Shown here piece after piece: positions 52,745 to 61,500 of a stretch of DNA of 64,000 nucleotides. The position numbers were made by a program, and so were the translations under genes. The stretch is taken from positions 3,584,001 through 3,648,000 of the forward strand of contig OZ242005.1 of assembly GCA_965204725.1 (NCBI GenBank), in the 5' to 3' direction. The DNA is from Candidatus Latescibacterota bacterium (lineage in GTDB: Bacteria; Latescibacterota; UBA2968; UBA8231). The notes under the pieces are model-generated. The model ran no database searches and was not told the origin of the DNA. It was given only the letters and a program-made list of their open reading frames with translations. Position 1 is the stretch's first letter. Each line of letters opens with the position of its first letter.

Positions 52745-53747
52745 GCCAACTCAGGCGGGGGGCGACATCTACATCAAGACTATCGCAGACGCCGCGGCTG
52801 AGGTAGAAGGCTCCCACGGCTCCCACCATGGCGGCATTGTCCGTACACAAATCGTACGCCGGGCAATGGAACGATAGGCCGCGGGCCTCCACTGCGGAGC
52901 GCAGGCACTGGCGCAACCGCTGGTTGGCGGCCACGCCGCCGGCGAGGCAAACAGTCGCAACATCGGCTCGATCCAAGGCCAACAGGGTCTTGGCGACTAA
53001 GGCATCTACCACGGCTTCTTGGAAGCTGGCGGCAATATGGGCGAGTTGCTGCGCACGCGCTTGCGGGGTAAGCGAGCGCACGTAGTGCAACACCGAGGTT
53101 TTTAGGCCGCTGAAGCTGAAATCCATCTCGCCCGCGAGGGCGCGGGGAAAGTCAATGGCGTCGGGGTCGCCGTCCACAGCCAGCTCGGCGACGAGCCGGC
53201 CACCGGCCACGGCCCCCTCCTCGGGCAGGAGCCCCAGCAGCTTGGCGACTTTGTCAAATGCCTCGCCGGCCGCGTCGTCGCGCGTCCGGCCCAAGACCTC
53301 GTATGAGCCGAGGGTACGCACCAAGATCAACTCGGTGTGCCCGCCCGAAACCAGCAGCGTTAGGAAGGGGACTCCGACTTGCGTGGCGATCAAGTTGGAA
53401 AACACGTGGGCCTCTAGGTGGTGGACGCCTACTAGCGGCTTATTGCGCGCCAACGCCACCCCCTTGGCCAGCGACAGCCCCACGATCAACGAACCAACCA
53501 AGCCCGGCCCTCGCGTCGCCGCCACCCCATCCACATCTTCCCAGCCAATGCCCGCGGTCGCCAGAGCTTGCTGGACGACCGGGACCAACGCGCGTATATG
53601 GGCACGCGAGGCCAGCTCGGGCACCACGCCCCCATATTGCGCGTGATCTTGCTGCGAGAAGATGATATTGGAATGCACGGCGTACGACTCATCGACGACC
53701 GCGGCGGCCGTCTCATCGCAGGAGGTCTCCAGCCCCAGTACCAACAT
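52737..53747 (-). CDS. tsaD: tRNA N6-adenosine threonylcarbamoyltransferase TsaD
   Basis: LGLETSCDET, GGVVPELASRAH, GPGLVGSL, HHLEAH, LLVSGGHT, DDAAGEAFDK, FSFSGLKT, CTDNAAM. Confidence 0.97.
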   Translation of the reverse strand: MLVLGLETSCDETAAAVVDESYAVHSNIIFSQQDHAQYGGVVPELASRAHIRALVPVVQQALATAGIGWEDVDGVAATRGPGLVGSLIVGLSLAKGVALARNKPLVGVHHLEAHVFSNLIATQVGVPFLTLLVSGGHTELILVRTLGSYEVLGRTRDDAAGEAFDKVAKLLGLLPEEGAVAGGRLVAELAVDGDPDAIDFPRALAGEMDFSFSGLKTSVLHYVRSLTPQARAQQLAHIAASFQEAVVDALVAKTLLALDRADVATVCLAGGVAANQRLRQCLRSAVEARGLSFHCPAYDLCTDNAAMVGAVGAFYLSRGVCDSLDVDVAPRLSWRV

Positions 53748-53748
53748 C

Positions 53749-54696
53749 CTAATAGCTCACCAAATCAACGTATGCCGGCGAGATATGGCGCACCTCAAAA
53801 ACCGACGTCTCCGCGCTATACACCGGTAGTGCATCCCCCTGATACTCGGCGTAATCCACGTATAGCTCTATGTCGCGGGCTGGGTCGAGTTGGGTGATCA
53901 CGCCAATTCCGCCGCGCACCTTGACTTGGGCGGTGGCCGGCTCGGGCCGCAGGCGCGTCTCGCCGACATGGCGCACGGCAATCGGCACTCCAATTAAATC
54001 GTCCTCCGCGAGCATCTGCACGGCGGCATGCACGCGCACGGCTTCGGGCACAAACGCGAGTTGCGTGTGCTCGGGATGCCGCAAGGGCCATTCTACCGCT
54101 ACGTCTTCCCGGACATCTTGCAAAATTAGCGAATCCGTCTCCACATAACGCAATGCTGCGACTTGCTGCTGAGGGCCGATCACCCGCACGAGCGCGGGCT
54201 CGGCTCGTACCGGCGTCACCTGCACGTGGGCCGGTGCGGCCGCTATACTCGCTTGCACCCGCACCGGCACGTCCCGTTCCATTCTCGGCGCTAGGGCGAT
54301 TGCAACTTCTTTTGGTTCGAGGATTTCCTTGACTTCGGCGTCCAAGTCGGCCGCCCGTTTTGTGATTTGGGAAGGGGTCAAACGGTGGATCCGGTCCTTG
54401 CCTTCGGCCCGCAGCTTTAGAACAAAGGAATCGTCGTCTAAGTCAAATAGCAGGTCTTTGCCTCCCCCTGTGACCAAAACGCGAACTGTGGAAGGCACTT
54501 CGCTGGCCAGCACCATATCCCCTTCCACTCCCTCGCCCGGCGGGGGGACTTCAACCCAGAGGCGCACTGCAATTTCTTTATCGTAATACTTCTCTGTTAC
54601 CGCGTGTAGCCACAGCGCACAAGATAGCACGAGTGCGCCGGCCCTGATTCCCCAACTGCTTATACTGATGTTGGCCAACAATGGACCCCATAACAT
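53749..54696 (-). CDS. YbbR/CdaR-like membrane-anchored protein
   Basis: ALVLSCALWLHA TM followed by three YbbR-like repeats (PSTVRVLVTG, EPALVRVIGP, EPATAQVKVRG). Confidence 0.7.
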   Translation of the reverse strand: MLWGPLLANISISSWGIRAGALVLSCALWLHAVTEKYYDKEIAVRLWVEVPPPGEGVEGDMVLASEVPSTVRVLVTGGGKDLLFDLDDDSFVLKLRAEGKDRIHRLTPSQITKRAADLDAEVKEILEPKEVAIALAPRMERDVPVRVQASIAAAPAHVQVTPVRAEPALVRVIGPQQQVAALRYVETDSLILQDVREDVAVEWPLRHPEHTQLAFVPEAVRVHAAVQMLAEDDLIGVPIAVRHVGETRLRPEPATAQVKVRGGIGVITQLDPARDIELYVDYAEYQGDALPVYSAETSVFEVRHISPAYVDLVSY

Positions 54697-54732
54697 AAGA
54701 AGAAGAGGCTCCGCAAAAGGGGGCCTCTTCTC
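54697..54732 (-). terminator. Hairpin terminator after the small Zn-ribbon gene
   Basis: Minus strand GAAGAGGCCCC-loop-GGAGCCTCTTC then TTCTTATGT. Confidence 0.5.
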
Positions 54733-54778
54733 GTAATCTACTGCTTTTACCGCACGTCAAAAGCGAAGACGGGACCGC

Positions 54779-54973
54779 TTACTTAAACGACCTCTTGATT
54801 TCCTCGCCGATACTCAACTCGCCGTTGTCTATTCGGATATGGTATCCGCAACTTGGATTCATGCAGGCCCACGCTTTATAGTGAATAGCCGCGCCGTCTC
54901 TTCCATAGTCGGAAAGCGGGATTAAAACGCCTTCCTTGCACTTCAAACATTCAGGAAAATCAATTCTTTCCAT
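54779..54973 (-). CDS. Small Zn-ribbon-like protein (64 aa)
   Basis: Strong SD GGAGGGAGG; CLKC ... CMNPSC; own downstream hairpin. Confidence 0.75.
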   Translation of the reverse strand: MERIDFPECLKCKEGVLIPLSDYGRDGAAIHYKAWACMNPSCGYHIRIDNGELSIGEEIKRSFK

Positions 54974-55055
54974 CCGACCCTCCCTCCAGTTTTAGCGTAT
55001 AATTCATTCTAGGGAACTACGCTTTCGTTCAATGTAATCGGGCCGCCCTACTATG

Positions 55056-55541
55056 TCAATTAACGGGGGATCGCATTTGCCCAAGATGCGCGGCGTATTC
55101 ATAGACAGCTCGTTCTTGGGCGGCTGTTTCTACCGACCCGGGGCGCAGGTTCCGCACCTGCGCCAAGGCGGCCGCCGCGCTGCTGCCCATCCTCACCAAA
55201 TAACTCGCCAACATCGTGCCCGTGCGCCCCAACCCCGCGCTGCAATGGACCATCACGGGCCGTCCCTGCTCGACCGCCTTATCGACGAATTGGACAAACG
55301 CCCGTATATCCCTGAGCGAAGGCGGCTGCATATCTCGTATGGGCAAGTGCAAGTACTCCATATTGCGCGCCGCCACCTCACTCGGCTGTAGCGCATCCGC
55401 AGTCAGCGACACAATCGCCTGTACGCCCTGCGCCGCCAGCAAATCGAGATCGTCCTCTAGCTGCTCGTCCCCCTCCCAACCACCGATCTGCCCAGCGCCT
55501 GCCAGCCGACCTTCTAACAGCCAACCAAAATTGAACACCAT
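55056..55541 (-). CDS. Dual-specificity (Cys-based PTP superfamily) protein phosphatase
   Basis: NFGWLLEGRLAG, GVQAIVSLT, HLPIRDMQPP, catalytic VHCSAGLGRTG, VRNLRPGSVET..Q; start 1 nt after the moaE stop. Confidence 0.9.
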   Translation of the reverse strand: MVFNFGWLLEGRLAGAGQIGGWEGDEQLEDDLDLLAAQGVQAIVSLTADALQPSEVAARNMEYLHLPIRDMQPPSLRDIRAFVQFVDKAVEQGRPVMVHCSAGLGRTGTMLASYLVRMGSSAAAALAQVRNLRPGSVETAAQERAVYEYAAHLGQMRSPVN

Positions 55542-55542
55542 A

Positions 55543-55971
55543 CTAACACCCCTCGTAGGCTCCCTGCGGCCCTTCAACCCAACTCTCACCCTCGACCCCC
55601 ACTTCCTTCTTCCATATTGGCACGATCTGTTTGAGCCGATCAATGGCGTACTGACACGCGGCTAGGGCCTCGGCCCGATGGGGGCTAGCCACGGCAATCA
55701 ACACACTGATCTCCCCGATTTCGAGCTTCCCCACTCGGTGAATCATCGCAACATCCACGACGCCCCACCGCGCCTTTAGCTCGTCGCCAATCGCCGCCAT
55801 CTTCTTCTCGGCCATAGCCGGATACGCTTCGTACACCAAGTAATCGGTTTGCTTGTCCCCGGAGTGATTGCGCACGACCCCGGCAAACGTGGCCACCGCA
55901 CCATTTTCATCGCGCACCACATGGACAAACAAAGCACCGGGTTCAATCGGCTCTTCGGTAATTCTGAACAC
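55543..55971 (-). CDS. moaE: Molybdopterin synthase catalytic subunit
   Basis: GAVATFAGVVRNH, LVYEAYPAMA, HRVGKLEIGE, SPHRAEA, IDRLKQIVPIWKKE. Confidence 0.93.
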   Translation of the reverse strand: MFRITEEPIEPGALFVHVVRDENGAVATFAGVVRNHSGDKQTDYLVYEAYPAMAEKKMAAIGDELKARWGVVDVAMIHRVGKLEIGEISVLIAVASPHRAEALAACQYAIDRLKQIVPIWKKEVGVEGESWVEGPQGAYEGC

Positions 55972-55972
55972 C

Positions 55973-56218
55973 TCAGCCCCCACTTACCGGCGGAATAAGA
56001 GCCACCTCGTCGCCCGCTTTTAAGACGGTGTGCTTTCCCGCGTACTCGGAATTGACCGCAATCGACAACACCTGCTGCACGGCACCGAGTTGCGGATACG
56101 CGGCCACGAGCTCCCGCTGCAAATCCGCGACCCGGTAGCCTGCCGAAATTTCCCAGTCGCAGCTTCTGTGGCCGACTGCATCGCGGCAGGAAGCAAAAAA
56201 CAAGACCCTGATTTTCAT
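55973..56218 (-). CDS. moaD: Molybdopterin synthase sulfur-carrier subunit (ubiquitin-like)
   Basis: MKIRVLFFA, IAVNSEY, LKAGDEVALIPPVSGG C-terminus. Confidence 0.92.
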   Translation of the reverse strand: MKIRVLFFASCRDAVGHRSCDWEISAGYRVADLQRELVAAYPQLGAVQQVLSIAVNSEYAGKHTVLKAGDEVALIPPVSGG

Positions 56219-56264
56219 ATCCAAGTACAATAACGCCGCGGCCTTGTACAACAGGCCGTGACAG

Positions 56265-56299
56265 AAAAAGGAAATGGGACCCTTTTGAGGCCCCATTTC
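56265..56299 (-). terminator. Intrinsic terminator after the 681-aa secreted protein gene
   Basis: Minus strand GAAATGGGGCCTC-AAAA-GGGTCCCATTTC followed by CTTTTT. Confidence 0.7.
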
Positions 56300-56341
56300 A
56301 CGTACTAACTACTGCTGTTGTCCACCTAAGTAAGTAAGGAA

Positions 56342-58387
56342 CTACCTGAGCAGCACCATCTTGCGCTTAGCCACGTAATCGCCGGCACGGAGCAAGTAAA
56401 AATACATGCCGCTGGCGACACGAGCACCGCTTTCGTTCCGGCCATCCCATACGGCTTGGTACTGACCTGCGGCCAGCGCCTCGCCGTCAACCAGCAGGCG
56501 CACGACCTGACCCGCGATGTTGTAAACCGCCAAGGAGACGATAGCGTCGCTGCTCAGATCGTAGCGAATCGTGGTTTCTGGATTGAAAGGGTTGGGATAG
56601 TTCTGACCCAGGGAATTGGCCAAAGGCACGGCCGCTAGCGGCTTGGCAGCAGCCCAAGCCGCACTGAAGTCAACCGCCAAGTTGAGGGTCTTGCCAGCAG
56701 CATTCTCAGTGATGGTACTCGCCTGAATGCTGAGGAAAGACACGACCTCGGCGTCAACCTCAATGGACGAATTGCCGGCCGCATCGGTGGTAGTCCGCAA
56801 GAACGCGCTACCGCCGGAGGGAATCGTGCCGATGCCGATCACAGACACCGACTGGGCACTCCGGTTGTAGAGGTCCCACGAGACGAGTTGACCCTCACCC
56901 GGATCGCCCCAGCGATCGGTGAAATGGACCGAGTACGCAATCTCACCGGGGCTGCCGTCATCAACCGCTCCCGTCTCGGCTCCAGAAATCAACGCGTTGC
57001 CAACGAGCGGCGCCGTGGCCACCAGCGTCGGATCCGGCCGGTTGAGGTACACGCTGAGACCCAACAACTCGGCATCCAAGGCATCGCGCATATCGGACGC
57101 CGACCCGAGCGATACGCTGTGGACCACAATCTCGGCCTCGGTCTCTTTGCTAAAATCGTCCGCTGTGACGAGGGTGAACGCCCCCAGCCCGCCATCGCCA
57201 TCTACGGCGGCATCAATCACCACCGCGCCGCCCTGCACCTCGGCCGCGGCAACTTCCACGGCCGGGGCCGACAGGTTAAACGCATCGGAACCCGCAAACG
57301 TGGTGGCCGCTAGGTCAAAGGCATCGGCCGGCGACACGCTCAGGGTAACTGCAACCTGCTCTACGCCGACTAGCCCGGCCGCCGACAGCACCACCGGGAT
57401 TTGTTCCCCCGCACCCGCGACTATCTCGGCCGCGCTATCGAGGGAAACCTGCGAGACAAACATCAATTGGTCGGCATCCGGCACCGCCCAAGTGGCGTTG
57501 AAGTCAACCGCTAGGTCGCTAGACTCACCGGCCGAATTCCCCGCGGTCGTGCGGGCTCGCACACCGAGCGACGTGGCCGCCGCTTTTAGGTTGCCCTCGC
57601 TATCAAACTGAATGGCCGTATTGCCGGCCGCATCGGTCACACTCTGTAGGCTTACACTCACCCCAGAGGGCACCTCCGCAACTCCGAGCAGATAGACCGA
57701 CTTAGGCCCATCATTGGTGATGTCCCAAGCAATGGCCTGGCCCTTGGTCGGCCTTCCCTTATAGTCCGTGAGATTGACCGCGAATTCGAGTTCGCCCGGG
57801 CTACCATCGGCCACCGCGCCCGCGCCGACTGGAGAATAGGCTGGATTCGCAGCAACCGACGAAGTGGCTACTAGTGCCGGCTGGTACACCGGCAGATTGA
57901 CGATCAGTTTAAGCCCCAACGGCTCGAGGACATCCCGGTCCACAGACGACGACCCCAAGGACACGCTAATCACCACAACCGCCCCAGAGTCACTTTGGCT
58001 AAAACTACTCGACGTCGTGATGGTAAAAACACCCAAAGCACTATCGCCATCTATGGTCTCACCGAGAGTAGCCACACCGCTTTTGATCTGCCCACCCCCT
58101 AGCAATTCCACGCCGGGCGAAAAGCCAAAAGCCGGGGTAAAGGTCGTCGCCTCCAGATCAAAGGCGTCAGCCGGCGATGCCGTCAGGGTAACTTCAAACT
58201 GCTTGACCCCGACCATCCCAGCAGCCGATAGGGCCACCTGAATTTGTTCGCTAGAACCAGCGGCGACATGCTCCCCACTGTCCAGCGAAATGACGACATT
58301 CGCGTTGTCCCCGGCGATAGCGGTGCCACAAAGTGCGAGCAACAGGGAGATGGCAAGAGGCAACATCTTGCGCACGCTGTTCTGCAT
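56342..58387 (-). CDS. Secreted protein with a duplicated beta-sandwich unit and FlgD-Ig/T9SS type A-like C-terminal domain
   Basis: Signal peptide; two homologous units (SLDS..AG..EQI.V.LSAAG.VGV.Q..VTL..SPADAFDL.ATTF); CTD QNYPNPFNPETTIRY..WDGRNESG..VASGMYFY..KRKMVLLR. Confidence 0.85.
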   Translation of the reverse strand: MQNSVRKMLPLAISLLLALCGTAIAGDNANVVISLDSGEHVAAGSSEQIQVALSAAGMVGVKQFEVTLTASPADAFDLEATTFTPAFGFSPGVELLGGGQIKSGVATLGETIDGDSALGVFTITTSSSFSQSDSGAVVVISVSLGSSSVDRDVLEPLGLKLIVNLPVYQPALVATSSVAANPAYSPVGAGAVADGSPGELEFAVNLTDYKGRPTKGQAIAWDITNDGPKSVYLLGVAEVPSGVSVSLQSVTDAAGNTAIQFDSEGNLKAAATSLGVRARTTAGNSAGESSDLAVDFNATWAVPDADQLMFVSQVSLDSAAEIVAGAGEQIPVVLSAAGLVGVEQVAVTLSVSPADAFDLAATTFAGSDAFNLSAPAVEVAAAEVQGGAVVIDAAVDGDGGLGAFTLVTADDFSKETEAEIVVHSVSLGSASDMRDALDAELLGLSVYLNRPDPTLVATAPLVGNALISGAETGAVDDGSPGEIAYSVHFTDRWGDPGEGQLVSWDLYNRSAQSVSVIGIGTIPSGGSAFLRTTTDAAGNSSIEVDAEVVSFLSIQASTITENAAGKTLNLAVDFSAAWAAAKPLAAVPLANSLGQNYPNPFNPETTIRYDLSSDAIVSLAVYNIAGQVVRLLVDGEALAAGQYQAVWDGRNESGARVASGMYFYLLRAGDYVAKRKMVLLR

Positions 58388-58434
58388 GGTTGCTTCTCCT
58401 TCTATTGTAATCGGAACCCGTTGATTTATATAGT

Positions 58435-58473
58435 GAAATGGGACCCCAAATTTGAGGTTTGAGGTCCCATTTC
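58435..58473 (-). repeat. Palindromic element related to the 56271-56299 hairpin
   Basis: Minus strand GAAATGGGACCTC-AAACCTCAAATTTG-GGGTCCCATTTC; same arms as the downstream terminator. Confidence 0.7.
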
Positions 58474-58502
58474 TCTAACGCGCTGTGCAGTAGTAGGGTC
58501 GC

Positions 58503-61500
58503 TTACTTGAGCAACAGCATCTTCTTGACTTGGCGGAACGAATCGCCCGCCTGCAAGCGGTAGAAATACATCCCCGACGACACACTGTACCCGCGGTCAT
58601 CGGTCGCGTCCCACTCTACCACATAACGACCTGCGCTCTGCGCCTCAGCTACCAGCGTCCGAACCGGCTGACCAACCACGTTATACACGGTCAGTTCCAC
58701 GTCCGCAGCCTGCGGCAACGCATACCGAATCGTCGTCGCCGGGTTGAACGGGTTCGGGTAGTTGTCAACCAGCGAAAAGACTTCCGGCCGCGTCTGCAAC
58801 GACACCGGCACCGGCAGTGCCAGTCGGTTGATAGCCAATGCGCCGTCGGCCAACTCGCTGGCGGTAATCTCAACGACCGTGTTCTCGATCTCGGTCGCAG
58901 CGCGGAACACCAAGTGCAACCCGACTTCGCCATCGGACAACACCTCGCCGTGCGCCGCCAGCGTCAACACCCCGCCCGCGTCGGACAACACCTGCGGAGA
59001 GGCCAACTCACCACCGCCCAACGGACGATCGGTTGACACCTCGACAAACGTCAGCTTGTCGGCCTCATACTGCACCTGCAAGCCGTAGCCCTGCACCTCG
59101 ACGAAATCCGCCAACCGCACGTCGAGCACGAAGTCTTCACCCACGCTCGGCAGTGCCGTCTGCGCCGCCAGATACAACCGCGCATCCGCATTCAAACCGG
59201 CCTGCATGGGTACGCGCTTGGCAGCGCCGCCCGTGCTGCGGCCAAAGTTATCGGCAAAGACGAAGAAGTCGTCGAAGTCGATCTGCGGCTGAGCACTCGA
59301 CACGAGGTCAAACGCCGGGTCAAACGCCGGATCCTCGGCCGTCAAACCGAACATATCGGCCAAGAGGAAGAAGTCGTCGAAGCCAACGCGGTTGTCCGCG
59401 CCGAACAGACCATACAGCACCCGGCCTTCGCTATCGACAACTTGGTTGCGCACGGCCAGCGCCGTCTGCTCAACCGAAGCCGTCTCGTTGTCCGCGTCGT
59501 AGGCACGCACCTGATAGGTATAGCGCACGCCGTTGAGCGCCGTTTCATCGACAAACGACGTAGCCCCAGCATTGACCCGCCCGACTAAGACGAACTCGTC
59601 GGAACCCGCAGCTTGGCGATAGATGCCGTAGCCATGGACGCCAGCGACAGGCGAGGCCGCGGCCGGACCTAAGGCCCCGGCAACGACGCCCTGCAACAAC
59701 TGATCCGAAGGCGACAGCGCCCACGTCAGCGCGATGCGACCGCCGGCGTCGCCGGGCGCGTCCAATACCTGAAGCGTCGGCACTGCTACCGGAGCGATGT
59801 TGTCGATAGCGCGCACTGCCTCTTCCGTAATGGTCAGGGCTGAACGCTCAGTCCCCGCGGCAACGAGATTGAACTTGGGAGCCACACCCTCGGCGAAAGC
59901 GAGGGCTTCCGGCAGCAGCGCGGCGAACACCGGCGCGTCACCGGCTTGGGCCGCCTCGCGGCTGGCCAGTAGCGTCTCGGCCATCTGCTCGTAGGCGTGA
60001 TTCACCGCGTCGGCGCGGACAAACGCAGCCTTAGCCGCGCCGTGCGTGGTCAGATTACCGCGCTCGGCCGCAATGCCCCAGTTGGTCTCAGCATTGTCGA
60101 GCGTCGCAACGATGGCGCGGGCGATAGAAACTCCCGGTACTGCATCCACCATCGCCCAAGGCATCATCTCGCCACCCAGCGCGGGCATTTCGCGAAAGAC
60201 GCGATAGCCATCAAGCGTGGCGTGATCGGCCGACAAGTCCCACGTCAGCAGGACGAAGCCGCCTTGGTCTCCCGAACCGTCAGCACCCGTGTAGTCTTGG
60301 GCTACGACCGCGTCCGGTGCGTCCAAAGAAGGCGGCACGACCGCGAAGTTGAACGGCACGGAACTCGAAGCACCTGCGGCGTCCGTAACCGTGTAGGTTA
60401 CTTCGACCGATCCGTCGGTGACCGCGTCGGGCGTACCCGAAATCGTCCGCGTGGCCGGGTCAAACGACAGGCCCGCCGGCAGCCCCGACACGCTATACGT
60501 CAGCGGCGGGGTGCCGCCCATGACCTCGGGCAGCGTCAGCGTGTACGACTCACCAACGACAGCCCGGATAACTCCGTCCTCCTCGTGATTAGTCGCGGGA
60601 TTGGCCTTGCCAGCACCCTCACCTTCGAGGAACATGCCAAAGAGTCCGCTCAGATCGAGTTCGTCGAGCGGTGCATTGACCGTGATGGAGAAGGTCAGGG
60701 TTACGGTCGCTTCGCCAGACGTCGCCGTGTAGGTGACTTCGACTGCTCCGTCGCTGGCCGCTTCGGGCGTACCCGAAATCGTCCGCGTGTCTGCGTCAAA
60801 CGACAGACCCGCCGGCAGTTCGGAGACGCTATACGTAATGTCGCCCGTACCGACCGATGCCTCCGGCAGTACCATGTCGGCAATCGCCGTACCAGCGGTG
60901 TACTCCTGATCATCAACAGAAGCTCCCTCGGCAAAAGCGAGCGGTTCCTCTCCCGGCTCAGGTGGCCCAGGCGTGTGATCGGAGATGGTGATTTGGGCGG
61001 AGCCGCTCGTCAGGCCCGGAGTCGATGCGGTGAGCGTGATCGTCTCGTTGCCCTCGTCAGCGGTGTCGGCCGTCGGGTCGATCAGCAAAGCAGCCGAACC
61101 GGACGTCGAACCAGCCGCAATCGTCAGCAGCGGATTGAACAGCGCCGAATAATCCACATCGCGGGTAGCCGCCGAATTTGGATCAACGGCAATGGTTACG
61201 ACCGCGTCCTCGTCCAACACCTTGCCGTCCAAGGTCGCCGTGAGCGTAACCTCGGTCACCGCAGCGTCCTCGCTTAAGGTGTGCGGCGACGCCGACAGCG
61301 AGACAGACGTACTCGGCGTTTCGTCGTCGGCAATTTTGATGTCCGTCTGCGCCGAGCCACCCGAAGCCGACGCCTGCACCCCAAAGTACTTATTGCCATC
61401 GACTGCATCGTTGTCGAGGGGGGTGAGGTTAAGCATCGTGCTTCCTTGGAGATCGCCAGCCGCAACGACGACCGATCCACCTAATGCTGCGGTGTAATCG

